Positions 51,578-64,000 of a stretch of 64,000 bases of DNA are shown in pieces. Source of the stretch: Isurus oxyrinchus (Eukaryota); NCBI GenBank assembly GCA_026770705.1, contig JANJGN010000026.1, positions 35,402,001-35,466,000 of the forward strand, in the 5' to 3' direction. Under the pieces are notes generated by a model. The model saw nothing but the letters and a program-made list of their open reading frames with translations. It made no database searches and had not been told where the DNA came from. The position numbers were made by a program, and so were the translations under genes. How positions within the stretch are numbered: the stretch's first letter is position 1; each line of letters opens with the position of its first letter.

Positions 51578-51886
51578 CTTGTTCCTTGTGGATGGAACTC
51601 CTTAAAGGAGTCGGCAGATCCTGATTGCTCACCACGCAGTAGAACTCAGCCCCACTCAGCCAGGCTTGTGTCGAGATGTTTACGTTGCTGACCACGCTGC
51701 CGGGATGCTCTCCCGGTTGGATGGCAATCTCTGATTTCAAAGGCTTCTTTTCTTGGGTCCAGGACACGAGTACTGGTTGATGAGCATCAGAAACAATGCA
51801 GGTTAAGGTCACGGTCGCTTCCAGCAAGACCTGTTCTATTGGCGGTGGCAGTAGAGTAATTGTGGCATCTCTGCAGTTGGAACATT
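51578..51886 (-). CDS. IGHM: IgM CH3
   Basis: [30 protein letters not shown]...W...[22 protein letters not shown]; AG/GT boundaries, phase 1. Confidence 0.95.
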
Positions 51887-52238
51887 CTGTGAGACAGAAA
51901 TGAAAATCAACCAAAGTTTCACCATGAGAATCAGGACAGCAGTATTTCGTCTTCACTCTCCAGAGGACATTCGACATATCAACCTCTAACTATCGTCTGT
52001 AATCGTCTTTACACAATGCAAAACCAGCTTGGTCTGTGTAAATTGTTCTCATAATTTCAGTCGTTTAGCCCTGGAAACATTCTAGCAAACCTGTGTTGCC
52101 CCAGTCCCAATACAAATACACCATTCCCGGGCCCTGGAATGCAGTACTGAATGCCGCTTTATGAATAGGGTGGATGCACTTTCCAGCACTTTATTCCGAA
52201 GCTATTACCAGTTACTTTAATGGGTTTGTATCTCTTAC

Positions 52239-52526
52239 CAGACCCGGTGGTGTTTCGACTTAGGGTGACCCCTTGATGAGTGACCTGACAGGTATAGACC
52301 GCGCCGGTGAACAATTCCCCAGCGGAGACTTTCAGCCGACTGGTCACCGAGAAGTTCCCGTTCATTTCAAAGACGGGAGAGGTGACAATTCCTGAATTGA
52401 TGGGTTGTCCATTCTTCAGCCACTTCACGGTGATTGGCTTTGGATGGAAATCGATGACTGAACAGACTACGGTATCTTCCCGGCAGCTTATGGTTAGGAG
52501 AACAGCTGGAGGGGGCATGTCAGTAC
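52239..52526 (-). CDS. IGHM: IgM CH2
   Basis: [39 protein letters not shown]...[20 protein letters not shown]; AG/GT boundaries. Confidence 0.93.
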
Positions 52527-52739
52527 CTTAAAAAAACACAGGTTAAACATTTCTTGCAGAAGAAATTGATAACAGATACAATGAGGTCCTATATTTTAAC
52601 AGGCTTTTTCCGTTAACAGACAATAACCTGGATTTTTCAGGGATCAAAACTATGCAGAGCACTATAAATGCGTTACAACCAAGGCCCCATACAGGTTAGT
52701 CACAGCGTTTCTGTTTCTTAGAGGTTCCTCAACACTTAC

Positions 52740-53036
52740 ATGGCATTTCAATGCTCTTGTCTGAGCCGCTGTGTCGAACCTCACAGTTGATATCGCATCC
52801 CCCCTCTGACTCGGTGATGGTTAACTGGCTGCTCAGGGTCAAGGTTCCCTTCTGGTTTCTCACTGACGGGTATGTCTGAAATCCAGTGGTGATCTGCTGC
52901 CCATCTTTCTTCCAGATCAGGCTGGTGATTTCTGGGGAGTAATCCATCGCCAAACAGCCGTAGGTGATGGAGCCGTCGGTGTTGTGTTGCTGACAGGAGG
53001 AGACCAGGCTGTAGAGAGTGGGCGAAGACGGTGTCG
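52740..53036 (-). CDS. IGHM: IgM CH1
   Basis: [45 protein letters not shown]...[17 protein letters not shown]; Cys at the expected light-chain-linking position. Confidence 0.95.
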
Positions 53037-53399
53037 CTGGGAAAGAATGGCCGATCGAACACGTTAGACTCTGTGATTTGTGATCATTAAGTAAGCAAAC
53101 AACTCAAAAATTGACGATTAGTATAAACATATCCAAATATATTCCAACTAAAACCCACACCTACATTTGATCATTTATTATTTCCATCATTTGGTGACCC
53201 TCACCTGTCGGTTCCCTCTTTCGAAACCCACACCTCTTTATCCACTTCTATCCAATTTCTGGAAGGCCCCTCCCCTCTCCACGTCCCCCAAAACAAAGAA
53301 TATCAACGGCCCTTCGAAAGTACCTTTGTAATGGTACCTATATAATGACCATAGAACTCTAAATTGAATACTAGTAACAGTTAGTAAGACATTTTCCAA

Positions 53400-54930
53400 T
53401 CGTATGTACATATGAACATGCGGATCAGTAGCAGCCATTCGGCCTCTGGGGCCTCCTCCACCATTCACTCCAGTCATAGCTGATCTGATTGTGGCGTGAA
53501 CTCCACGTTCCCTCCAACTCTCCACTAACCTTTGACTCCCTTGTCAATGAAGAATCTCTCTACCTCTGCCTTGAAATATTAATGACTCATCCTCCATCGC
53601 TCTCCGGGGAAGGGAGTTCCAAAGTTTCGCAACCCTTTGAGAGAAAAATAAAATCTCCTCATTTCCATCTGAAATGAGAGACCTCTTCTTTTTAAACCGT
53701 GTTCCCTATCGTTAGTCTGTCCCCAAGGGGAAACATCCTTTCAGCATCCACCCTGTCAATTTCCCTCAGGATCTTATATGTTTTAATAAAATCAGCTCTC
53801 ATTCTTCTAAACTCTAATGGATACAGGCCCAGCCTATCGAAACTTCCCTCATGAGAGATCCGATGACACCTCTCAGTATCATTTGAACGAACATTCTCTG
53901 AACAGCTTCTAATGCTTTTATATCCTTTCTTAAAGAAGACCAAATATGTACACAGTAATTCAGACAAGGTCTCATCAATGCCTTATTAAACTGTAGCAAA
54001 ACATCTTTACTTTTATATTCTATTCCCCTTGTAATAAATGCCAACACTCCCTTTGCCTTCCTCATCACTTGCTGTTCCTGCATTATAACTTTTTGTGATT
54101 CATGCACCAAGGGATCCACATCCCTCTGTACCTCAGGGTTCTGCAATCTCTCTCCTTTTCAATAATATGCTGCTTTTGTATTCTTCCTGCCAAAGTGAAC
54201 AAGTTTATATTTTGCCACATTATACTCCATCTGTCATTTTTTTACCCACTCACTGAACCTATCGATATCCCTTTGCTGACCCTTTATCCCCTTTTCACCA
54301 GTTACTTCCCTATCTGTCTTTGTGTCATCAGCAAATTTAGCAAATTCATTCAGTCCTTTCATTCAAGTCATTGATATAAATTGTAAATAGTTGAGGCCGT
54401 AGCATTGATCCCTGTTGCACTCCACTTGTCACATCTTGCCAACCTAAAATAACCAATTTATCCATGCTCTGTTTCCTGTTAGCTAACCAAACTTCTACCC
54501 ATGCCTAAAATATTACTGCTGACACCATTATATTGTGCAGTAATCTTTGATGTGCCACTTTGTCAAATGCCTTCTGGAAGCCCAAATACAGCACACCCAC
54601 AGGTTCTCCTTTATTCATGTTCCTTGTTACTTCCTCTAGAGGCCTCAAATAAGTCAGCCAGACATGATTTTCCTTTCACAAAATCATGACGGGTTTGCAT
54701 AATTGCATTTGAATTTTCTAAGTGACCCGTGATAGATTCCTTAATAATCGATTCCAGCATTTTTGCTCGGACAGATGTTAAGTTAACTGGCCTGCAGGTT
54801 CTTGCTTTCCCTTTCCCTCCTTTATTTAATATAAAAGCCTCATTCTCTATTTCCAATCTGATCAGACCTTTCCAGAATCTAGGGAAGTTTGGAAAATTAA
54901 AACCAATGCCTCTGCTATTTTAGTAACCAC
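53400..54930 (-). mobile_element. Degenerate CR1 LINE in the J-C intron
   Basis: RPVNLTSV, HDFVKGKSCL, RLGLYPLEFRRMRADFIKTYKI. Confidence 0.85.
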
Positions 54931-55454
54931 CTCATTAAGGCCAAAATATTTGTCCAGCTTCTCTGCCCATTTCCTTATTTGCCATTTTTACGGGCTTTTC
55001 CAATCCATGTCACGTGGCTGGACTGTGGCCCCCCCCGAAGCCCCTCTATATGGCCCCCGGAGCCGTTGTTCAAAATGCTGGTAAGGCGGGTAAGTGGAAT
55101 TGAAGATTTCAGTGAGGAGCTGCTCCTCCATTCACAGGCTGGTCTTCTACCCCGTTAGCTGCTGATAGGCTGAATAGCAGATCAGCAGTAAAAGTGGGAG
55201 ACAAACAGGTTTGTGATTGGAGAGGCAGCGAACACCCGCTGGAGAAAGGCGCAGGGAAATGGGGGGAAGCGCACAGAGACATTATCTCCCTTCTATCCCA
55301 GGCACTGAGTGCCTTTCCCTTGGAATGGAAAGGATTTCAGGAGGGGGAGAGACAATGAAGGAGAGAGGGAGAGAGAGAGAGTGGGGCCCAGGGCATCTGG
55401 AGCCTCTGCTCACAACTGCTTTCGCCTGGCTCTCCCTGCTATAAACCGGCTCTC

Positions 55455-57060
55455 AGCCCTTTCCCCCCCTCTGCCTCTCCGCTCTCCCACTTCCCTGCCC
55501 TTTCCCCCACCCATCTCTCTGCCCATTCCCCCTCCCGCCTCTGTGCCCTTTCCCCCTCCCACCTCTCTGCCCATTCCCTCTCCCGCCCCTCTGCCCTTTC
55601 CCCTCTCTGCCTCTCCGCTCTCCCACTTCCCTGCCCTTTCCTCCACCCACCTCTCTGCCCATTCCCCCTCCCGCCTCCCTGTCCTTTCCCCCTCCCGCCT
55701 CTCTGTCATTCCCCCTCCCACCTGTCTGCCCTTTCCCCCTCCCACCTCTCTGCACACCCCACCCCCTGCTTCTCTGCATTGCCGCTTTGCCCTTCCCCAC
55801 CCACCGCTCTGTCCTTCACCCCCACCTCTCTTCCCTTTCCCTCCTGCCTCTCTACCCTTTCCCCCCTTGCATCTGTGCCCTTTCCCCCCTCCTCTCTGCC
55901 CTTCCCCCCACCACCTCTCTGCCCTTACCTCCCGCCTCTCTGCCCTTTATCCGTCACCTCTCTGCCCTTTCTCCCCCAGCTCTCTACGCACACTCCACTG
56001 CTCTTTGTGCTTTCTTCTGGCTCTCTTACCTTTTCCACTTGTCCTTTGCCTGTTCTCCCAGCTTGCTGCCCTTTCCATCCCCTGCCTCTCTGCCCTTTCT
56101 TGCCCCCCCCCCGCCTCTCTGCCCTTTCTCCCCTCTGTCTCTCTGCTCTCCCGCCTCCCTGCCCTTTCCCCCACTCACCTCTGTGCTCTTTCTCCTTCCC
56201 ACCTCTCAGCCCTTACCTCCCGCCTCTCTGCCCTTACCCCCTCGCCTCTCTGCTCTCCCGCCTCCCTGCCCTTTCCCCCACTCACCTCTGTGCTCTTTCT
56301 CCCTCCTGCCTCTCTGCCCTTACCCCCTCGCCTCTCTGGCCTTTTCCAAGCTCACTGCCCTTCCCGTTGACTCTCTGCCCTTTCCGTCACCTCTCTGCCC
56401 TTCCCCCCTCTGCCTCTCTGCCCTTCCCCCTCTGTCTCTTTGCCCACCCTCCTCTCTGTCCTCCCCACCTCTGCCTTTCTACCCTGCCTCCTCTCTGCCC
56501 TTTCCCCTTCCCACCTCTCTGCCCTTTCCCCCACCCACCTCTCTGTCCTTTACCCCTACTGCCTTACTGCCCTCCCTCCTCTCTGCCTTTCCCCCACCCA
56601 CCTTCCTGCCCTTTCCCCCACTGCCTCTCTGCCATTTCGCCTCGTCACTCTGCCCGCGCCACCCCCAGTTTCTCTGCCCTGTCACCCCTCCACCTCTCTG
56701 CCCTCCCGCCTCTCTGCCCTTTCCCCCTCCCACCTCTCTGCTCTTCCCCCCCACTTCTCTGCTTTTTCTCGTCCAGCTCTCTGCACTTAATGCAGGACTC
56801 CCTGTGCTTTCATCCGGCTCTCTGACCTTTCCCACTTGCTCTCTGCCTGTTCCCTGGATTGCTGACCTTTCCCCCTGCTCATTGACCTTTGCCCCATCCC
56901 AATGCACTTTCCGCTGGATCCCTGCCCTTTTCCACCTCCCGGCTCTCTACCCTTCCCCCCCAACGCCCCCTCCCCTGGCTCTGTGCCATTTCCCTCGCCT
57001 CCCTGCCCTTTCCCCCAGGCTCTCCGAGCATTCCCCCCGCCTCACTGCCCTTTCTAATAA
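55455..57060 (-). repeat. Purine/G-rich degenerate tandem array (GGGAAAGGGCAGAGAGG on the IgM sense strand)
   Basis: CCTCTCTGCCCTTTCCCC units on the + strand over ~1.6 kb. Confidence 0.9.
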
Positions 57061-58017
57061 AACTCATCGCTCCCTTCAGCCATGCTCCACTTTCCAGCAC
57101 TGCTAGGCCTCAGGCCTCGCTTCCAGGTCTCTCTTCCCCACAGTTCCCACCTTCCCACACATCGATTTATGAAAAGTGATCGAGTGAGTGAGCGTGTGCA
57201 TGATTGACAAAGTGAGAGTGGCTGAGTGACAGAGTGAGGGCGGGTAGCTGGGTGAGTGAGGATGCGTAGGTGAGTGAGGGTGGGTGATGAGTGGGCGTGG
57301 GTGAGGGTGTGAGATTGAGTACCTGTGAGTGAGTGAGGGTTGGCGAGTGAGGGTGATTGAGTGTGAGTGAGGGTGAGTGAGTGAGATTGAGTGAGGGTGA
57401 GCGATTGTGGGTAGTGAGGGTGAGTGAGTGAGTGAGGGTGAGTGATTTTGGGTAGTGAGGGTGCCCAGGTGCTGCAGGCTCATCAAGGCAATGTTTCTCT
57501 GGATGATTTTCTGCTCCGACTCAGCTTTCCGTTGCCAGTTGTCCACAGCCGAGCTGGGGGCTCCTCCATTCGGCTCCACCACCTCCACCTCCTCCTCTTC
57601 CTCTCCATAGATCCTGTCCTGATTCTCCATATTGATCAGCTTTCAGTAACACCGGCTGTGTAAAGTCTGGCAGCAGTGTAGATCACTGGCCGGCTGCTTT
57701 AATGCTGATGCCTTTCTTTGAGAAACCCGTGTCAGTGCGTGAATAGGCAGACTGAGGGGGCTGGAGGGGAAGGTTACAGCAAAACCAAGATGGGCCGTGC
57801 AGGCACTTGCACCAAGTGTGCACCAGTATTGGGGATCCAGGTGGCTGTGGTCTCCACCCTCCCTTTTTCTTGTTTCTTTGTGTTTGGTTCAACACTTGGA
57901 AATTCTGCACATATATAGTGATGTCACCTGTGTAATTTCATTTTACACAAAAAGGCATCGGAAATGGAACAATGAACATGCCTGCAGCTTAACGGATCTT
58001 CTTTCTGAAATTAGCAT

Positions 58018-58229
58018 NNNNNNNNNNNNNNNNNNNNNNNNNNNNNNNNNNNNNNNNNNNNNNNNNNNNNNNNNNNNNNNNNNNNNNNNNNNNNNNNNNN
58101 NNNNNNNNNNNNNNNNNNNNNNNNNNNNNNNNNNNNNNNNNNNNNNNNNNNNNNNNNNNNNNNNNNNNNNNNNNNNNNNNNNNNNNNNNNNNNNNNNNNN
58201 NNNNNNNNNNNNNNNNNNNNNNNNNNNNN
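58018..58229. other. Assembly gap (212 N), followed by GT/GA microsatellite to ~59010
   Basis: Run of n. Confidence 0.99.
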
Positions 58230-61200
58230 AAGTGTCATAGGGAGTATAAGCGTGAGAGTGTCTGAGGGACAGAGCATGTGTGAGAGAGAGAGAGTGAATG
58301 TGTTTGTGTGTGTGTGAGAGAGAGAGTGTAGGGGTGTGAGTGATATGTAGTATAAGTGTGTGAGAGAATGTGCGTGTGGGAGAGAAAGAGTGTGTGAAAG
58401 AGAGAGCCAGTGTGTGTGTCAGAGAGAGAGTGTGTGTGTGCATGAGAGAGAGAGAGAGAATGAGAGTGAGTATGTGTGTGAGAGGAACAGTGTGTGTGTG
58501 TGTGTTTGTGTTAGGGAATGTGTTTGTGTTTCTGTGTGCGTCAGAGAGAGAGAGAATGAGGATGTGTGTGTGTGTGTGAGAGAGTGTTTTGTGTCTGTGT
58601 GTGAGACAGCGGGGGAACTGAGAGTGTGTATGTGTGTGTGAGAGAGAGAATGCATGTGTGAGAGTGCATGTGTGAGAAAGAAAGATTGCATGTATGTGTG
58701 TGGGAGAAAGTGTGCACGTGTGTGCGCAGTTGAGAGAGTATGTGTATGAGAGAATGTGAGCGTCTGTGTGAGAATGTGTGTGAAATAGAAAGGCCATGTG
58801 TGAGAGACAGAGTGTGTGCGTGTTAAAGGGAGTTTGTGTGTGAGAGAGCGAATGTGAGTGTGTGTGTGTGTGTGTGTGTGTGACAGAGAGAGAAAGAGAG
58901 AGTGTGTGTCTGCCACAGAGAGTGCATGAGAGAGTGTGTGTGCATGTGTATGAGAGAGAGCCTGTGTGACAGAGAGAGTGAGCTAGTGAGGGTGTGTGGT
59001 AAAGAAACTGAGTGTATCGAGATAGATCAGCCATGATCTTGCTGAATGACGGGCAGGATCGAAGGGCCGAATGTCCTCCTCATGCTCTCATTTCTGTAAT
59101 TCATTCCTCTCCCTGCAGGCGGCAATCCAGTGGCTCAGTTTTTGATGGTGGCTCCTTTTCCCCAAATCCCCCGTGGCTGGTTATTTGGAGCGGGAGTCTG
59201 GTCATTGTCCATTCCAATTGTTCAAATATCTCACAGCCTCTGATCCAATCAGAACCGGCGCTGCTTTCTGGAGCCTCACTGTCACTCCCGGATTCTGTTT
59301 GTTCTGAAATTGTGCTCAAGTTCAGCTCACTCACGTTCAATGGTTTTCTGATACTCAAAATGCTTAAACATAATTAATTTATTAAAATTTATGCATGTTC
59401 TCTCCAGAAATATTGTTAAAAATAATTAACGTGTGTTATTTCAACTGAGCAATGGAACAACTTATTTTCACAGATCCGGCTCGAAAAACCATGGCCAGTT
59501 AGTTCGATGCTGATTCAGTTTGTCTGACCTCTGCAGGGAGAAGACTCCCAGGTCAGGAACAGGACAAGTTAAGATATGGATTAAATTCCCCACTCCTCCC
59601 CCAGTACACTCCTGTCACCAGCTGCAAGGGTGGGATTCAACAGAAAGCCAACTCTCCACTGAACTGTCAAACACTCCGGGGCAGGTGCAGCACTGGTTTG
59701 ACATAAAATAAAACTCTCTCTACATTGTTCCATCAAATATGCCCAGGAGATAGTTCAATCCGATTTTGATATCAGTGCTGTGCTGCAGGAGCCGGTCAGA
59801 GGCTGGGAATTCTGTGGCGAGTAATTCAACTCTTATTGCCCAAAGAAAACTGACCATCCACAAGGCTCAAGTCAGGACTGGGATTGAATAGTTTCCGCTT
59901 GCCTCAATGTGTGAAACTTAAAAAAAAACCCAAGAAACTCGATACTATCCAGGACAAAGCAGCCCACAGAATTGGTACCCCATCCACTACCTTAAACATT
60001 CCCTCCCTCCCCCACCAACGCACAGTGACTGCAGTGTGTACCATATACAAGATGCACTGCAGCAACTCGCCAAGACTCCTTCAAAACCCGCAACCTCTCC
60101 CAACTAGAAGGACAAGGGCAGCATGTGCTTGAAACACCGCCACCTGCATGTTCCCCTCCAAGACACTGAACATCCTGACTTGGAACAATATCACTGTTCC
60201 TTCACTGTCAATGGGTCAAAATCCTGGAACTCCCGACCTGACAGAACTGTGAGTGAACCTGCAGCTATTCAAGGAGGTGGCATTTCAACACTTCCAAGGA
60301 TGGGCAATTAGGATGGGCAACAAATGCTGGCCTCGCCAGCGACCCTAACATCCTATGATAGGATTAAAAATAAGATTTCTTCCTCCGCCTTGTCCAACCA
60401 AATAGGTCAAGGACTGCTACAGCACGGATTAAAATAGGATAAAACTCTCTCTGTATTGCCTAACTGAACACTCCCAAAACAGAAACATCACTGGCTTGAA
60501 ATCAACCAAATCTCCTTCGACAGTCTGTCTGTCATTTCTGAATTGTCCTTTCTGACTGTCACAATGGGTTGGGCATCTCATTTCTGAGGTGCCTGGTCAA
60601 AAAGTCAAACTTTCACATCTCTCACAAATACAAGATTTGTGAAGAAATAAGTCGAACTGCACTTCCCGAAATATAGGAGAGTGAAGGTTAACAACCAGTC
60701 AGGAAGATTCCTGGTCCCAGCACAGTGACCACGCACACAGAAACAGAACAGACACAAATGGTGCAACATTCGAGTTCCCAGCAGATAGATCTGTTCAATC
60801 TGTCCATTTCACTCAAGCTGTTTGATTCTAATTGATCAATGGTCCATTTGTTACAATTATTCTATAACTTCTTTGAAATTAAACTGATTTTCATTTCAAA
60901 ACTCCCTTTGAATTCCATTTAATTCTCCGTCTGACTCAAATCTCCAAACAATGTACGATTTAAGTTACCCTGAAAATGAGCACAGCAAATACTACAGATT
61001 CAGGATATTTGGTTGTCCGTAATAAAGACTCAATGACAGAGTAAGAATTAAACAAATCAGGAAACATTCACATTGAAAACTGATTACCTACTGATTTCAT
61101 TTGATTTTAGCTATAAATATATCCAATCAAAACATCAACACATTATCGAGCTGAGCACAGCTGAATAAGAAAAGTATTCTTTTCTGAATTCATTTTGGAT

Positions 61201-63650
61201 ACAATTCAAAATTCTCTCCACCCTTTGAGATTTTGCATTCACTATAATGTCCAATATACTATTTAATTGTTGGACTTCATATATGTTGAATTAATTATCA
61301 CTAATATTATATTGTAAGTTAATTATCTTGTTATTGTCAATTCATTTTCTTGTTAGCTGATTTCTACTTTATAATAAAAATAATTTTCAATGATTGAAAA
61401 TTTGTTTCTCCTTGGTACTTTGTGAAATAATTGAGGTTTATTTAAATCAACCTGACACTGAAACAATGTTAAACAATATACTTCAAATTACTAGATGGTA
61501 ACATTCAGGGAAGTATATCAATTTTACTTAAATCTGATCAATATTTACTATTTTATTTTTACTTCTCATGCTCTGTTTTAACAGACAAAATTATAAACTA
61601 TGCGTTTCTGAACAAATTAAGAAATCATAAATTCCATCTATTCTCATCAAGCAATTCACATGACGAATTTATGAGTTGAATATTTGAAACACTTTCAACT
61701 CTGACCGGGGTCACATCGCATTAACTGTCGATGAGGTGTAATATCACCTGTTTGCTGAATTAAACTTGCCTTAACTCCAAGCTATATGTAAACAAATCTT
61801 CCTGGCAGTTACTTATTATCAATAAAATTGCTTCCTAGATAACAATCCCTATAATTTATTGTTAATTATATTGTTCACTGAAAGAAGATCCAAATTGATC
61901 AGTATAAAACTTGATGAGAACAATTCATTCAGATCATCTGCACCACTAAAATATAACATGCAAATTGATTCCAGATTTTGTCCTTCAATTTAATATTTAA
62001 TAAGAATTAAGCATGAATCTCAGATATAATCTGTTCTTCTCCTATAATTCTATTCTGTGTACAGCACAGCAATGGGAGACAGGATGTTGTTGTTAAGTAC
62101 AAAACTAATACTAATGTTTGCAATTAATCTGTTCGAATTTCAAGCTTTTACTTGTCAATCTCTATTTATCTGCTGTCTGCACCTTCTTACAGTTTAAAAA
62201 AATGCAAGAACAATTCCTTTACTGCCAGCGAATTATACCCCCCATTAAACTGTTTAAAATTAGATTAGTGACAATTATCTCGCTATTCAAATCCCAATGA
62301 CATTGAAGGAATAATGTGGTTACGGCTGCACAGAAAGAATGTGATAACCGAAAAGACATATTGCCAAACTGCAATAACAAACTCATCTAAGTCAAGGCAA
62401 ATGTTATCAGGGACATAAAAAAGTAATTCAAAATCTCGTCTGAAACTGAACAATTCTGTAGAATCAGTATATTCTTACTGAGATTTTTTCATGCATAATC
62501 ACAAAATGTTTCCAGCCTAAAAACTTTCCCGATCATGTTAATTGTGCGCAGAGCACAGCAGAATTGTGAAAGCCGATTAATGATCAATTAGGTTAATATG
62601 AAAGCTGCTCCATCAATATGGAGAAATATTAACACATTATAATCGTTTGAATTGTATTAACTTTACTGTACAATTTGAAAACTTGGCAATTGTATAGTTT
62701 CTAAATGCAGTAACGAATTATGTTCTGAATGAGCGTCATAATCCATGGTTTAGTTTATTCTGCAATTACACTTAAAATAAAGACAAAATGTGCTAACACA
62801 TCTGTAAATGCTTTTTTTGCCCATTTCTGAAACCTGTCTGTTTTCTGCCTACAATCGCGCTTCATGCAGATACAAACGCATAGGCTGCTTCGATTCAATC
62901 GCAAAACGTGTAACCGCTCAATGTGACCGAGTTTAAACAAAGCAGAACCGCCAAACCTTTTCATAAATTCAACTAATTCAAAGTCACCCAGACACACAAT
63001 CTCCTCAGCAGAAAAACACCAAATCACGTCACGGAGGGGCTGAAACCCTCAAGGAGAAGCAGTTCAATTCTACAAACACTTCCAACAGAATTCATTGCAA
63101 CATTGCAAGAAAATCTCAATGTCGAATCCAGGCAATCCGCTCGTCAGCAAATGTATGAATTATTAAACTAAACAGAAATATGGAATAATGTCAACAGCAT
63201 TGTGAGTAGGCGGAACATATTCAATGAATTTATATTGAAATTTAAGCACATTTTGTTAATATTGGGTTTGATTTCAAACCTATTTAAACCCTTGTGCAAC
63301 AGATGGTAAAACCCGCAGCCATTAGATGTTACCGAGATTAAACATTGCAGAAACGTCAAACTGTTCTAACAAACGTTAGATATTTTAAGTAGCCCGACCA
63401 CACATTATCCTCAGCAGATAAACACCAAATCACAACAACCAGGGACCGAATCCCTCAGCAGCGCTATTTATCAAGACACAGCGGAATCATATAATTCAAT
63501 TTAAGCAGAATCACATGAAATATTGTAAAAAATTCTGCATACAGAATCCACCAAACCCAGGTTTCATTGGCTGAATTAATTATTAAAATAGACAAAAAAC
63601 AAAGCAAAGACTCAAATAAAACAGTTAGTAAATAAATGTGTAGTTCTTAC

Positions 63651-63737
63651 CGGCAGTCACCGTCATCATGGTCCCTTGGCCCCAGTAGCCCATACCGTCA
63701 CAGTGTTACATTCCCTGGGCTGTGCCATACAATAACT
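63651..63737 (-). other. IGHJ: IgH J segment (coding 63698-63651) with 23-RSS
   Basis: AGTTATTGT-23-CACTGTG; GMGYWGQGTMMTVTA G|GTAAGA. Confidence 0.95.
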
Positions 63738-64000
63738 GTCCCTGCAGCAAAAAGACAGAAATCCGCCATTATTTTAAATATTCATAAGTCAGAGGCAAAG
63801 CGAGGTCACGATGAATCTTCACGAAATTATATTTGCGTTTGTAGATATCTTTGGCTATTCATCAATGATCCTCATCTTTTATAATTCACAGAATAACACA
63901 TGAACATGTTATTGAATTCACCAACTGAAGAATGGGTAATTATCACAGCTTTTCCATCTTAAACCATGTTTTTGTGGGCATTGCTGGACAGAAATAATAC

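Noticed and set aside
55309-57106. Long Pro/Leu/Ser-rich ORFs (348-439 aa)
   Set aside because: Stop-free low-complexity repeat, open in several frames; not protein-like
57797-59034. ORFs spanning the N gap
   Set aside because: Artefacts of Ns and GT/GA microsatellite
60695-60760. Minus-strand CACTGTG followed by LGPGIFLT, a possible second JH
   Set aside because: No W/F-GxG-T motif, no splice donor, and nonamer spacing is not 12 or 23

Overview
Cartilaginous-fish (shark-type) antigen-receptor DNA; the species cannot be determined from the sequence. About 0.4-29.7 kb is part of a TCR alpha/delta V array. It holds one intact V with a 23-RSS, three V pseudogenes and two NAR-TCR cassettes (leader-IgNAR-like V, D, J, then a leaderless supporting TCR-delta V) arranged as a convergent inverted duplication (+ 10.4-15.0 kb, - 22.5-27.9 kb). 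In the minus-strand cassette the V appears already joined to the D in the genome: the ~394 bp V-D interval and both inner RSSs are missing. A lone TCR J with a 12-RSS lies 1.85 kb after the plus-strand supporting V, with no C exon visible. About 30-46.8 kb is a TE-rich spacer with C2H2 zinc-finger and tRNA pseudogenes. About 46.9-63.7 kb is the 3' part of an IgM heavy-chain cluster on the minus strand (JH, CH1-CH4/secretory tail, TM1, TM2), all in open frame, about 17 kb from the last TCR V. Exon, RSS and motif coordinates were read by hand; repeat boundaries are approximate. Comparisons with published sequences are from memory.
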